A DNA stretch of 64,000 nucleotides from an uncultured delta proteobacterium (GTDB lineage Bacteria; Desulfobacterota; Binatia; UBA9968): assembly GCA_963745035.1 (NCBI GenBank), contig CAVUVW010000013.1, positions 1,440,001 through 1,504,000 of the forward strand, in the 5' to 3' direction. A program made the position numbers and the translations under genes. Under the pieces are notes generated by a model. The model ran no database searches. It was not told where the DNA came from and worked only from the letters and a program-made list of their open reading frames with translations. This document shows positions 55,182-64,000 of the stretch, piece by piece. Numbering within the stretch: position 1 is the first letter of the stretch; every line of letters starts with the position of its first letter.

Positions 55182-55186
55182 AAGAA

Positions 55187-56142
55187 TTATCTGCCTGCTT
55201 CCAGTCTCCTTCAACGCCTGTCGCGCGAAGGAAAAATCTCTGACTTCGTCGAGGGGACGCTTTTTATCGCCGAGCCGTTCGATCAGCGAATTCAGCTCGG
55301 CGTCCGTCATCTGGCCGTCTTTGCTGAGCGTTTTCATCTCTGTTTCGTAGGAGTGCTCGGCGATGTCGGCCGGCTGGGGCAGCCATTTGAGCAGTATCTG
55401 TATCGATTCCGCCTTGTTCTCCAAAATAAAATGATGCGCGCGCAACAATGTTTTCATTGTGCGGCGAACCAGTTGGGCGATTTTCACGAATGAGGCGGTC
55501 AGAGGTAAACATTCCCGCGACCGGCAAGCCAACCTCTGGCGGACCGGCCAACGCTGGATAATTCATGCGTTTGAGCATCAAGTCATGCGGCGGCGCTACA
55601 CAGATCGCGTCCACCGCGCCGCTGATCAACGCCTGCATGCGCAGCGGCCCATCGCCGATCGCCACGGCCTGGATCTGATTTGGATTGAAGCCTTTGGCCT
55701 GCAACAACTCCTCAGCGTTCAATTGATCGGCGCCTTTGATCGTCGCCACGCCCAGCCGTTTGCCCTTGAGCTGCTGCACGTCTTTGATCTCGGGCCGTAC
55801 CATGACGTAGTACGGCCCTTTTTTTAGATGAACAAAGACGGTCTTCATCGGAAAACCCTGAAGGATACCGCGAAACGTGCTGACAAACGGCGTTGCAAAA
55901 GATACGTCGCCGTTGACCACGGCCGTGGCGCCGAGGCGCGGATTCATTTGGATGATCTCCACGTCGAGCGCCTCGGCTCTGAAAAGCCCTTTGGTTTGCG
56001 CAAGATAAAGCGGCATTGCGGAGCTGCTTCGGCTCGCGTAGGCGATGCGCACGCGAGTCGGCGCATCGGCACTCAGGGTCGGCTGGACCGCGCCAAGGAG
56101 AAATACAGCGAACGACAGATTGAAGAAAAATCGCAGCTTCAC
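55187..56142 (-). CDS. ABC substrate-binding protein, NMT1/SsuA-like (frameshifted)
   Basis: KGLFRAEALDVE, QLKGKRLGV, ALISGAVDA, VRDFSFARQA. Confidence 0.82.
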
Positions 56143-56154
56143 AGCATACCTCTT

Positions 56155-57117
56155 TTATTGGATGGCCAATTCCTTTTGCACTTCGCGCAGCAGAGTGTAA
56201 TCGACCAATCGTTCGGGTGGAAAATCGACGTTCTTGCCCACGGCGGTGCCGAGTGTCTCGATCATGTTTTTGAGACCTTTATCGGTTGCCAGCCCGTTTT
56301 CACTCATGGCCGGCAGCAGCGACGTGTAGACCTTATCAGCGATTGCCTCCTGGAGTTTATAATCCTTGGCGATGAAGCGCACGGTCTCGGCGCGGTTCTT
56401 GAGCGTGAACTGCAAGCCGCGCAAGGTGCCGCGAAGCAGGCGCTTGATAGTGTCGCGCTTGGTCTTGAGCGTTGCATCCGACACGGTGAACCCGCTTTGC
56501 GGAAATTCGAGAAAGTCGCCGACGTAGGCGAGCACGCGCAGCCCCATCTGTTCGGCATAGACGTTAAACGGCGGCGATAGGGTCGTTGCGTCCAATGAAC
56601 CGGCTTTCAAACCCTGTAAACGCGTCGATGTCGAGCCGGCGACGATCCGCTTCATGTCCTTTTCCGGATCGAGCTTGCCGCTTTGCGCAAATATCTTCAT
56701 CGACAGATCGGTGTCGCTGCCAAAGGAGCTGATGCCGATCGTTTTGCCTTTCAAATCGGCGGCGGATTTGATGTCGGGACGCGCGACGACGTAGAAGGTG
56801 GGCTTTTTGAACAGCCAGATGACCGTGCGCACGGGCACGTTCTGGCTGGCGATGAAGCGCGAGGCCGATCCTACACAGCCGCTTGCTTGCAGATCACCCG
56901 TGAGCAGCGCCATTACCGCGATGTCGCACTTGGTCGCGAGCAGCTTCACATCGAGCCCAAGCTCTTTGAAAAACCCCCGCTCGATGGCCAAGTCGAAGTG
57001 AAAAAAATTGAGGCTCTTGCCGGGATTGCCGATGAAAACTTCTTGCCCCGCCGCGATGCCACCACCCCCAGAGATAAGCGTGAAGAGCAGCGCGCTCATC
57101 AACCATTTCAGTTTCAT
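56155..57117 (-). CDS. ABC substrate-binding protein, NMT1/SsuA-like
   Basis: ERGFFKELGLDV, DLKGKTIGISSFGS, GSLDAT, VDYTLLREVQKEL. Confidence 0.88.
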   Translation of the reverse strand: MKLKWLMSALLFTLISGGGGIAAGQEVFIGNPGKSLNFFHFDLAIERGFFKELGLDVKLLATKCDIAVMALLTGDLQASGCVGSASRFIASQNVPVRTVIWLFKKPTFYVVARPDIKSAADLKGKTIGISSFGSDTDLSMKIFAQSGKLDPEKDMKRIVAGSTSTRLQGLKAGSLDATTLSPPFNVYAEQMGLRVLAYVGDFLEFPQSGFTVSDATLKTKRDTIKRLLRGTLRGLQFTLKNRAETVRFIAKDYKLQEAIADKVYTSLLPAMSENGLATDKGLKNMIETLGTAVGKNVDFPPERLVDYTLLREVQKELAIQ

Positions 57118-57138
57118 GTAATCATCACCGCCCCGCTC

Positions 57139-57216
57139 TGGAGTAATGGAGTACTGGAGTGGTGGAGTGATGGACTCCGGACCGATACTCCCTTACTCCA
57201 ACACTCCATCACTTCA
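57139..57216. repeat. Inverted octamer arrays (TGGAGTnn x4 / nnACTCCA-like x4)
   Basis: tggagtaa tggagtac tggagtgg tggagtga ... atactccc ttactcca acactcca tcacttca. Confidence 0.85.
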
Positions 57217-57217
57217 A

Positions 57218-58312
57218 CTATTTCATCCCATAGAACGCTCTCGCGTTGTCGTACAGGATCTTTTGCTTGAGCGGCGGTGGAATATCCTCTCTGATGTTGA
57301 TCGCATTGACGAACTGGTCCTCACGTGACGGATCGCTGTGCGGATAGTCCGAGCCGATGAGCAGATGATCGTCGCCGGTGTATTTCGCCAGGTAGGGAAT
57401 ATCCTCGTCGGCCTCACAGGCGACGAAAAGCCGGTACTCCTTGAACAACTCTGCGCTCGAAGCGAAGCGGAATTTTTCCTTCTGCAGACGGCGCACGATG
57501 TGGATCAGAAACGGCACCCAACCGGCCGCCGCTTCGATGAAACCGAAGCGCAGGGTTGGAAACTGCTCGGGAATCTTGTTCGCGATAATGTCGCGAAACG
57601 CGAGCAGCGGCATGACGCGGGTGTGGCCGAAAGTGTGATTGCGCGAGATGTCGAACATCTCCAAAATCGCCCTCACGCCGCAGCCTGTGTGAACGCAGAT
57701 CGACAAGTTATGCTTCTGCGCTTCCTCGTAGACCGGGAACAGATAGGGATTGTCTAGCGTGTATTCCCCTTCGATGCCGCGAAAGAATATCCCCACCGCA
57801 CCGTGTTGCTTGGCAAAGCGAATCTCATCGATGGCGTCTTTCATGGACTGAAAGGGCAGTACGGCAACCCATTTGATGCGCTCGGGCGCCTGGTCCGAGG
57901 CCTGGGCGAGAAAGCGATTGTAAGCGCGGCAAAGCGCAACCTCGAGTTCCCGATCTTTGGTGTTATAGACGAGAAAAAGCGTCGGGTAGACCACCTGCGC
58001 CACGGTACTGAGCTTGTCCATGTCCCGAAGCCGGCCGGGGATGTCAGTCATCTCCCGGGTTTCCGGCGTCGAGTCCTTGCGGCCTTCCTGGGCTTTCTGC
58101 GCCGACGGCGTGACCAAGGCGAAGCTTCCCCTGCCGCCGGCCTTAGGATAAATCTCGCCGTCGATCAGCCAGAACGCGTTGCGATTGCCAAACACCGTAT
58201 CTTCAGGAACCGAAAGCATGAGCGGCCGTCTCGGATGGACGGCTTTATCCATCAATGCCCACATTGCCTCGCCTTCCGAGATGTGCGTATCGGCGTCAAT
58301 AATTCCTTGCAT
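57218..58312 (-). CDS. Amidohydrolase_2 family protein (decarboxylase/hydratase-like)
   Basis: IDADTH, VVYPT, CRAYN, CVHTG, FIEAAAGW, IGSDYPHSD. Confidence 0.88.
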   Translation of the reverse strand: MQGIIDADTHISEGEAMWALMDKAVHPRRPLMLSVPEDTVFGNRNAFWLIDGEIYPKAGGRGSFALVTPSAQKAQEGRKDSTPETREMTDIPGRLRDMDKLSTVAQVVYPTLFLVYNTKDRELEVALCRAYNRFLAQASDQAPERIKWVAVLPFQSMKDAIDEIRFAKQHGAVGIFFRGIEGEYTLDNPYLFPVYEEAQKHNLSICVHTGCGVRAILEMFDISRNHTFGHTRVMPLLAFRDIIANKIPEQFPTLRFGFIEAAAGWVPFLIHIVRRLQKEKFRFASSAELFKEYRLFVACEADEDIPYLAKYTGDDHLLIGSDYPHSDPSREDQFVNAINIREDIPPPLKQKILYDNARAFYGMK

Positions 58313-58336
58313 GGTTCACCTCAGCGTTATTCGTGT

Positions 58337-59233
58337 TCAATGAAGATTGTGCTCGATGGAGAGATAAAGCAATGCTCCATAATTGTTTGCTTTATGATTA
58401 AGACCGATCGGCGCCGCAGCGCCGAGTACGACTTGTAATTTTTCCTCGTTGATCACCGCAGTGCGAAACCCCGGTGAGATGATTGGCTGGAAACTTCGCT
58501 CCGCCTTGCCGGCGTCGTTGATGCTTTCCTCGGATTCAGCGATCCATTCCAGCATCAAGTGAAACCGCGGAAATAATGCGAAAATGCTACTGGCCCCCAG
58601 CTTGTAGGAAACCAGCGAATGGCGGGGTGAGAGCGGTTCGGAACTGCCGCCAAGGCGCGCTCGCACTTTCGGCAAATACGTAATTCCTAAGTTGGCATGC
58701 ATGGCGAATCGCGAGCCAAGTTTCTTGCTAAATGGCAGGCCCCATTGATAGCCGACCACGCCGTTGCCGGTGCCGCGGTCGCGGTTGCCGGTTGGCAAAA
58801 TCAGAGTGAAGCGCGGCGCGAAGGCAGGCATCACATCGGTTTCCTCAAGTGCCTGATAGCGATAATTAAGCAAAATGTCACCGATTCCATAGATGCGGTC
58901 CGTTTCATCCCGGTGATGATGGGAACGAATGGAAAACGAAAGTTGATGGTCCTGCGAAAAAAGCGGCCACTCCTGGGTAAAATCAAAACTCCAGCCGCGC
59001 TGCCTTGAATCCGCGCTGTAGAGCGCCGTCGAGATATGCTGCACTACGCCGGGCTCCTGATTGTACGCCTCTTCTATTAAGAAACTGCTGTCCTCGACCA
59101 CGTCAATAGGCCGTTTTTCCGCGGCGAGCGCTGGAACCGCGGCGCACAACCAAAAGAATAGAAAGACTGGTCTGAAAAGCAGCAGCCGATGGTTTGCGAC
59201 CTCATTGTAAGCTCGTGGAAAACCCGACTGCAT
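58337..59233 (-). CDS. Putative outer-membrane beta-barrel transporter (MetA-pathway-like)
   Basis: Signal peptide-like segment, SFLIEEAYNQEPGVVQH, GIGDILLNYRYQ, LILPTG, amphipathic strands; start uncertain. Confidence 0.6.
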   Translation of the reverse strand: MQSGFPRAYNEVANHRLLLFRPVFLFFWLCAAVPALAAEKRPIDVVEDSSFLIEEAYNQEPGVVQHISTALYSADSRQRGWSFDFTQEWPLFSQDHQLSFSIRSHHHRDETDRIYGIGDILLNYRYQALEETDVMPAFAPRFTLILPTGNRDRGTGNGVVGYQWGLPFSKKLGSRFAMHANLGITYLPKVRARLGGSSEPLSPRHSLVSYKLGASSIFALFPRFHLMLEWIAESEESINDAGKAERSFQPIISPGFRTAVINEEKLQVVLGAAAPIGLNHKANNYGALLYLSIEHNLH

Positions 59234-59265
59234 CGCAACCCGCTCGCCGACCCCACTCGTCCGAG

Positions 59266-60321
59266 CTAATTCCACAGTGAAACCGCCATGCGCAGCTTGC
59301 CATGCTCCAGATCCGCCAGCGCTTCGTTGATCTGATCGTAGCGATAACTTTTAGTAATCAAATTCTTCAACTCGATCCGGCCGAGCTTTGCCATCTGAAA
59401 CACTTCTTCGACGTCGTTCGCCTGCCGGCTCGACACTCCGGTGATGGTGATCTCTCGCGTGACGAAGTTGCCGCTGCTGATCGTAAACGGCCCGTTCCCC
59501 AGGCCCCCTATGATCGTCGCGGTGCCGCCCGGGCGGGTCGCCTGTATGATCTGGTCCGAAGTTTTCGGATTGCCGATCGCTTCGAAGGATTTGTCGACGC
59601 CGCCGTCCGTGAGCTTGACGACCGCCTTTACCGGATCCTCGCTCGTCGCATTGATCGTGTGAGTGGCGCCGAAGTTCTTGGCGGCTTCCAACTTGTCGTC
59701 CGCAATATCGACGGCGATAATTGGATAAGCGCCGAAGCATCTCAAAAATTGAATCGTATTCAGACCGATACCGCCGCAGCCGATAACCAACGCCGAGTCG
59801 CCGGGCTCCAAGCGGCCGCGATGCTTCACCGCGTTGTAGGCTGTCGTGACGCGGCAACCCACCACACTGGCCTCCTCCATCGACATGCCCTCGGGAATTT
59901 TGAAAGCCATGTAGGCGGGCACCGACACATATTCCGCGAAGCCGCCGACGTTCCAGCGCGTTACCACCGTACCGTCCGCTCTTCTGAGCGCCGGCGGCGC
60001 CGGACGGCGCTCGCATAAATTCTCGCGCGCGCTCAAGCAGTACCGGCAGCGGCCGCACTTGTAGCGCATGCCGATGATCACCCGATCGCCGGCTTGGAAA
60101 TCCTTGCAGTGCGCCCCTACTCCCTCGACCGTGCCGGCGACCTCATGGCCGAGGATCGTCGGCGGGGTAAACCGGTTTCTGCCCTCGACGACTTTCAAGT
60201 CGGTATGACACACGCCGCACGAAGCGACCCTGATGAGCACGTCCTCGTCGCCGACCTCGGGCATCTGAAGCTCTTCGATTCTTAGCGGCTGGCGCGCTTC
60301 GTACAGTACCGCGGCTTTCAT
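59266..60321 (-). CDS. Zinc-dependent alcohol dehydrogenase (MDR family)
   Basis: GVCHTD, GHE, CGRCRYC...C, VIGCGGIG. Confidence 0.92.
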   Translation of the reverse strand: MKAAVLYEARQPLRIEELQMPEVGDEDVLIRVASCGVCHTDLKVVEGRNRFTPPTILGHEVAGTVEGVGAHCKDFQAGDRVIIGMRYKCGRCRYCLSARENLCERRPAPPALRRADGTVVTRWNVGGFAEYVSVPAYMAFKIPEGMSMEEASVVGCRVTTAYNAVKHRGRLEPGDSALVIGCGGIGLNTIQFLRCFGAYPIIAVDIADDKLEAAKNFGATHTINATSEDPVKAVVKLTDGGVDKSFEAIGNPKTSDQIIQATRPGGTATIIGGLGNGPFTISSGNFVTREITITGVSSRQANDVEEVFQMAKLGRIELKNLITKSYRYDQINEALADLEHGKLRMAVSLWN

Positions 60322-60442
60322 CGTTTTCCTTCCGCCTGGAGCGATTGTGCGAGAGTGACTTGAGGATTACTTACGTCAGCCGAATAGCGAGCGTCAAGTG
60401 ACGCCATTTAGCCTTGACCCGTCCGTCCCGCAGGGCTAAGAA

Positions 60443-60508
60443 GGATTTCTCGCTTTGCTCGAAATGACACTGTCATTCTTCTGTCATTTCGAACGGAGTG
60501 AGAAATCT
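60443..60508. repeat. TGTCATTTCGA-type REP-like inverted element
   Basis: GATTTCTC...TCGAAATGACA ... TGTCATTTCGA...GAGAAATC. Confidence 0.7.
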
Positions 60509-60528
60509 TTCCCGAATGGAGAGCGCCC

Positions 60529-61071
60529 ATGCCCAACAAACCGACTCCCCAAGAAGTCACCATTGATCCGAAAACAACCGCTTTCTTGGTCTTGGACCTC
60601 AACTGCCGCTGCGAAGACCCCAAGGAGCCTTGCTACAAGCTGATCAATCCGGTGGCTAAGTTTTTAGAGCGAGCCCGCCAGGCGAACATGTTCATCATGT
60701 ACACCGCCGCCGACCGTTATAAAGGCACGCCGGAGGGAAGAATGCCCGCCGCATTCAAGCAGCGCGACGATGAGCCGACGATTTTCCCGCCTGCGTTCGA
60801 TAAGTTTTACAGCGGCGAGATGCAGCCGATGCTGCAACAGCGCGGCATCAAGACCGTGATCGTCTGCGGAGCGTCGAGCAATCAAGCTGTCATGTACACA
60901 GCGACCGCGGCGGTCCGCCCGTTCGGCTACACTTGCGTGATTCCCGTCGATGGCCTGATCGCCCGCGGCGATTACGAGCACGACTTCACCCTGCACCAAT
61001 TCACGATCCTCCCCGGCGGCGCCGCAGAGAAATTTCGCATCACTGAGTTCGACAAGATAAAGATCAGTTGA
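60529..61071 (+). CDS. Isochorismatase/cysteine hydrolase-fold protein
   Basis: IDPKTTAFLVLD, FDKFY, RGIKTVIVCG, VIPVDG. Confidence 0.8.
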   Translation: MPNKPTPQEVTIDPKTTAFLVLDLNCRCEDPKEPCYKLINPVAKFLERARQANMFIMYTAADRYKGTPEGRMPAAFKQRDDEPTIFPPAFDKFYSGEMQPMLQQRGIKTVIVCGASSNQAVMYTATAAVRPFGYTCVIPVDGLIARGDYEHDFTLHQFTILPGGAAEKFRITEFDKIKIS

Positions 61072-61540
61072 GGGAGTCAGGCGTGTCCAGAAATCGCTCT
61101 TTGATTTCGGGCGTGGGAATCATGCATACCTCTTGTCGCCCAAACCAGCGGTAGCGATTCTGTGCGATGAATGAATAAATCGCATCTCGCACAGATCTCG
61201 GCACAAGCGAAAATACTCTCAAGAGTTTCCACGCGCCGCCGAAGCGCGCTACGACCTCGATGGCGGCATCGCTGCGCAGAAAAATACGCCCATCGGTGAT
61301 AAACACGAAGGTCTGTAGGTTCGCCGGATCCAACCCATGACGTTGAAAAATTTCTCGGCCAATTTCCGACTGAATGGCGGCAAAGCGGAATTTCGCCGCC
61401 GAGTCATGGCGAATGACGAATTGGACCGAGGCGTTGCAGAGATTGCATACACCGTCGAAGAGAATAAGATTGGGAACTTCGCTCACGTTCTCGCAGCTCT
61501 CTGTCATCGATCGGGAGGAATCATAAGCGATCGTGAGCAT
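61064..61540 (-). CDS. DCC1-like thiol-disulfide oxidoreductase (DUF393/YuxK)
   Basis: ILFDGVCNLCN, FAAIQS, RSDAA, IAQNRYRWFG; true start may be downstream. Confidence 0.88.
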   Translation of the reverse strand: MLTIAYDSSRSMTESCENVSEVPNLILFDGVCNLCNASVQFVIRHDSAAKFRFAAIQSEIGREIFQRHGLDPANLQTFVFITDGRIFLRSDAAIEVVARFGGAWKLLRVFSLVPRSVRDAIYSFIAQNRYRWFGRQEVCMIPTPEIKERFLDTPDSLN

Positions 61541-61543
61541 TCC

Positions 61544-62551
61544 TCATTTCGGATACAGCTCCTTGATAAACCCCTCCCTCGACAACTGCTCCAATGGTGC
61601 CGGATCGTAGAATTGGCGCGCGTCCATGCCTTTGGCTTTGGGATTGCGCGACGCGATGTCTTCGATGACCGCTTCCATTTCTGGATGCGTCACCGTGGGA
61701 ATATCCCGGATGTAGCCGAGAATGTAGCTTTTGAACGCGCTGGTTAAAAGCTTGGTATCCGTGGTCCGCGTATACTTACCGAGAATGCGAATCGTGGCAT
61801 CAGGATTGGCTTTCGCGTATTTGATGCCTTCCAGAGTCGCCTTGAGAAAGCGATTGACCGTCTGCGGCCGGCTGCGGATGAAAGAATCGGTCGTGACTAG
61901 GGCCGTTCCCGGGTAACGATATTTCAAGTTGGCCAGGTTCATGAATTCCCTGTAGCCAAGCTCTTTCGCTTTCTCCAAAGTCGGCGAAGAAATCAAGCCG
62001 CCTTTGATCACGCCCTGCTGCATGAACAGCAGATTTTCCGGCACGCCGCCGGTTTGGATCATCTTGATATCCTTCTCGGGATCGAGACCGAGTTCGGCTA
62101 CGGCGCGCTTGAGACCCAGATCCGTCAGCGAACCGAAGCGGCTTACCCCATAGGTCTTGCCCTTGAGATCCTGCGCCGTCGTGATGTCGGGTGTCGTTAC
62201 CAAGCTCATCGGAATCACGTTGATCGTTGTGCCGATCACGGTCAAATCGGAGCCGGACAAACGCGACAGCGCCGCCGCGGCGCCGGAACCTTGCACGATT
62301 TGGGTATCGCCGGAAATCAAAGTCGTGATCGCTTGCGCGCCGGCGACGTAGATGATGCGCACGTCGAGGCCGTGCTTTTTGTAGATGCCGGCTTCGTATG
62401 GCACCCAGGTGGTAATTGAAGTCGCGGCGATCGACGAGTAGCAAACGTTGATGCGTTCGGCCTCGGCGGCGCGCGCTTCTATCGTGCTAGATGCGAGCAC
62501 GAACACAAAAACCACGGCAAATGCGATTCCGATCATCTTCGATGTCCTCAT
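61544..62551 (-). CDS. ABC substrate-binding protein, NMT1/SsuA-like
   Basis: GIYKKHGLDV, DLKGKTYGVSRFGSLTD, EQLSREGFIKELY. Confidence 0.88.
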   Translation of the reverse strand: MRTSKMIGIAFAVVFVFVLASSTIEARAAEAERINVCYSSIAATSITTWVPYEAGIYKKHGLDVRIIYVAGAQAITTLISGDTQIVQGSGAAAALSRLSGSDLTVIGTTINVIPMSLVTTPDITTAQDLKGKTYGVSRFGSLTDLGLKRAVAELGLDPEKDIKMIQTGGVPENLLFMQQGVIKGGLISSPTLEKAKELGYREFMNLANLKYRYPGTALVTTDSFIRSRPQTVNRFLKATLEGIKYAKANPDATIRILGKYTRTTDTKLLTSAFKSYILGYIRDIPTVTHPEMEAVIEDIASRNPKAKGMDARQFYDPAPLEQLSREGFIKELYPK

Positions 62552-62760
62552 CCGTGCCTCCGCTTGCCGGCTTAGCTTGGCTTGGCGAAATCGGGCAGCG
62601 AGCTGAACTTAGGAAAGGCTGACGGGCAAGTCAAGAAAGCAAATGCGCAAAGGCATCGCGCCCAACAACATGGAACGACGGCGCTGTTATCGACTTCGCG
62701 CCCCGTTCGCTCATTCTTGCTCCAACCGGCATTCCAGGGTACTCTAACGAGAATTTTTCG

Positions 62761-64000
62761 ATGCCGATTCTCAATCTTTTGTCCGTTTCCGCGCGGCTGA
62801 TCTCGTTCGGAATTCTATTCGCCATCCTCTCACAGTCGGGTCACAACCCGGCTCAGGATTTGCGGCGCCAAGGTCTTTTCCCTGCGTATATTCAGCGCGG
62901 CGATGAGGTGGAGAAACTCTATATCGAGTATAGCAAGCGCCTCGCCGGCTATCGCGAGCGGCTCGGCGCAGCTTTGCGCCAAAGTGCCCCCGACTTGCTT
63001 GTGCTTCTTGGACCGCTCGATCGAATTGCTTCCGGCTACCAAATCCTGCCGAAAATAACTTCCGATCTGCCGCCGGAAGAGCATCCGCGAGCGAGCTCCA
63101 TCGCCTATAGTTGGCCCTGGACGAAGCGCCTGATCGATCGCGAAGTGCAGGCGATCGCCGTCACCCAAGCGGAGCTCCGCGGAATTGCAACCAAGGACTC
63201 GATGGAGCAGAGAGCTCTACTCGAGCGGCTTGCCCGGAACTATCGAGAGCAGCGTTTTCGCCACGGTAATATCGATGCGCACGTCCGCTACAACCGGTTG
63301 TGGCAAGCCGCTATCGCGGCTGACCGGTCAGGCTACGACCGCGAGACCGCGCTGCACGCGTTGATTCTGGAGCGGCAGAGAATCGACGACAGCCTGCGGC
63401 GTGTGCGCGGGACCTTTGAGAAATTGTCGCCTGAGAAATTGTCGATTTCCTTTGGCCGAACAGGCGAAGCGGTCAGGCTATCGGAGATTGCGCGCGACCT
63501 GAGAAGCCGCAATGCGCTGCTGGCGCGCCGGATCGATGAGGCGATGGGCACAGTGCAGAGTCCAAAGTTTATCCGGATGGAAAACTCCGCCGCCGAATGG
63601 ATCTTTCGCGTGCCGTTGTTTACCGACATCGAGGATCGAGAATTCGTCGCCGAGGTGAAACGGATCGTAGAATCGACATGGCGCCTCGTGGACGTAACCA
63701 GGGCCTACCGGGTCGAGCTTGACATTTCCTATCTGTCGGCGGATTTCCTCTACGCCGACGGCGGCAGGCCGGCGCGCGGCGATAAGCTCGATATTACCCG
63801 CCATCTGGCGCGGTTTCCTGCCGGCGGCGCGATTCTTACCACCGGCGGATTGACGACTCATGTACTAGATTATGCGATCGTTCTAGGCCCGAGTCCCGTA
63901 TCGCCGCGCGTGCTCGCGCACGAGTTCGGTCATATCCTCGGCTTTCGCGATCGCTATGTTCGAGGTTACAGGAATCTAGGCAGAAATGGCTTCCAGGTGG
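62761..64000 (+). CDS. Putative secreted or membrane-anchored zinc metalloprotease (runs off window end)
   Basis: Not in ORF track. Frame from ATG 62761 with hydrophobic N-terminus and VLAHEFGHILGFRD (HEXXHXXGXXD) near 63910-63951. Confidence 0.7.
   Translation, partial: MPILNLLSVSARLISFGILFAILSQSGHNPAQDLRRQGLFPAYIQRGDEVEKLYIEYSKRLAGYRERLGAALRQSAPDLLVLLGPLDRIASGYQILPKITSDLPPEEHPRASSIAYSWPWTKRLIDREVQAIAVTQAELRGIATKDSMEQRALLERLARNYREQRFRHGNIDAHVRYNRLWQAAIAADRSGYDRETALHALILERQRIDDSLRRVRGTFEKLSPEKLSISFGRTGEAVRLSEIARDLRSRNALLARRIDEAMGTVQSPKFIRMENSAAEWIFRVPLFTDIEDREFVAEVKRIVESTWRLVDVTRAYRVELDISYLSADFLYADGGRPARGDKLDITRHLARFPAGGAILTTGGLTTHVLDYAIVLGPSPVSPRVLAHEFGHILGFRDRYVRGYRNLGRNGFQV

Noticed and set aside
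55091-57216. Short repeat arrays as a CRISPR array
   Set aside because: Units are 7-9 nt with no unique spacers of about 30 nt, and no cas genes are present.
61064-61540. Second selenoprotein (DCC family)
   Set aside because: The DxxCxxC motif is encoded by ordinary Cys codons.

Overview
GC-rich bacterial chromosomal window with about 50 genes and no rRNA, tRNA, CRISPR array, integrase or transposase detected. Gene content (many NMT1/SsuA-like solute-binding proteins, amidohydrolases, VOC, cupin and OCD enzymes) suggests an uncultured deltaproteobacterium-like organism such as Candidatus Binatia; this is inference. Housekeeping blocks: class-V aminotransferase-serA-purA, ggt, addB-addA plus a DEDDy exonuclease, and argC. 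Catabolic blocks: a pcaC-H-G-B-I-J protocatechuate cluster and several binding-protein plus enzyme micro-operons. About 20 genes carry single-base frameshifts, most likely long-read assembly errors. Highlights not evident from the ORF track: (1) a bicupin plus full-length EutA-like ATPase pair with no ethanolamine ammonia-lyase or B12 enzyme in the window, the best candidate for an undescribed system; (2) a DsbA/FrnE-like selenoprotein with in-frame TGA in a UPWC motif and a SECIS-like hairpin; (3) a ZMP/ZTP riboswitch with overlapping terminator ahead of the serine-biosynthesis/purA operon; (4) 7-, 8- and 9-mer tandem and inverted intergenic repeat families; (5) a sensor kinase lacking the H-box histidine.
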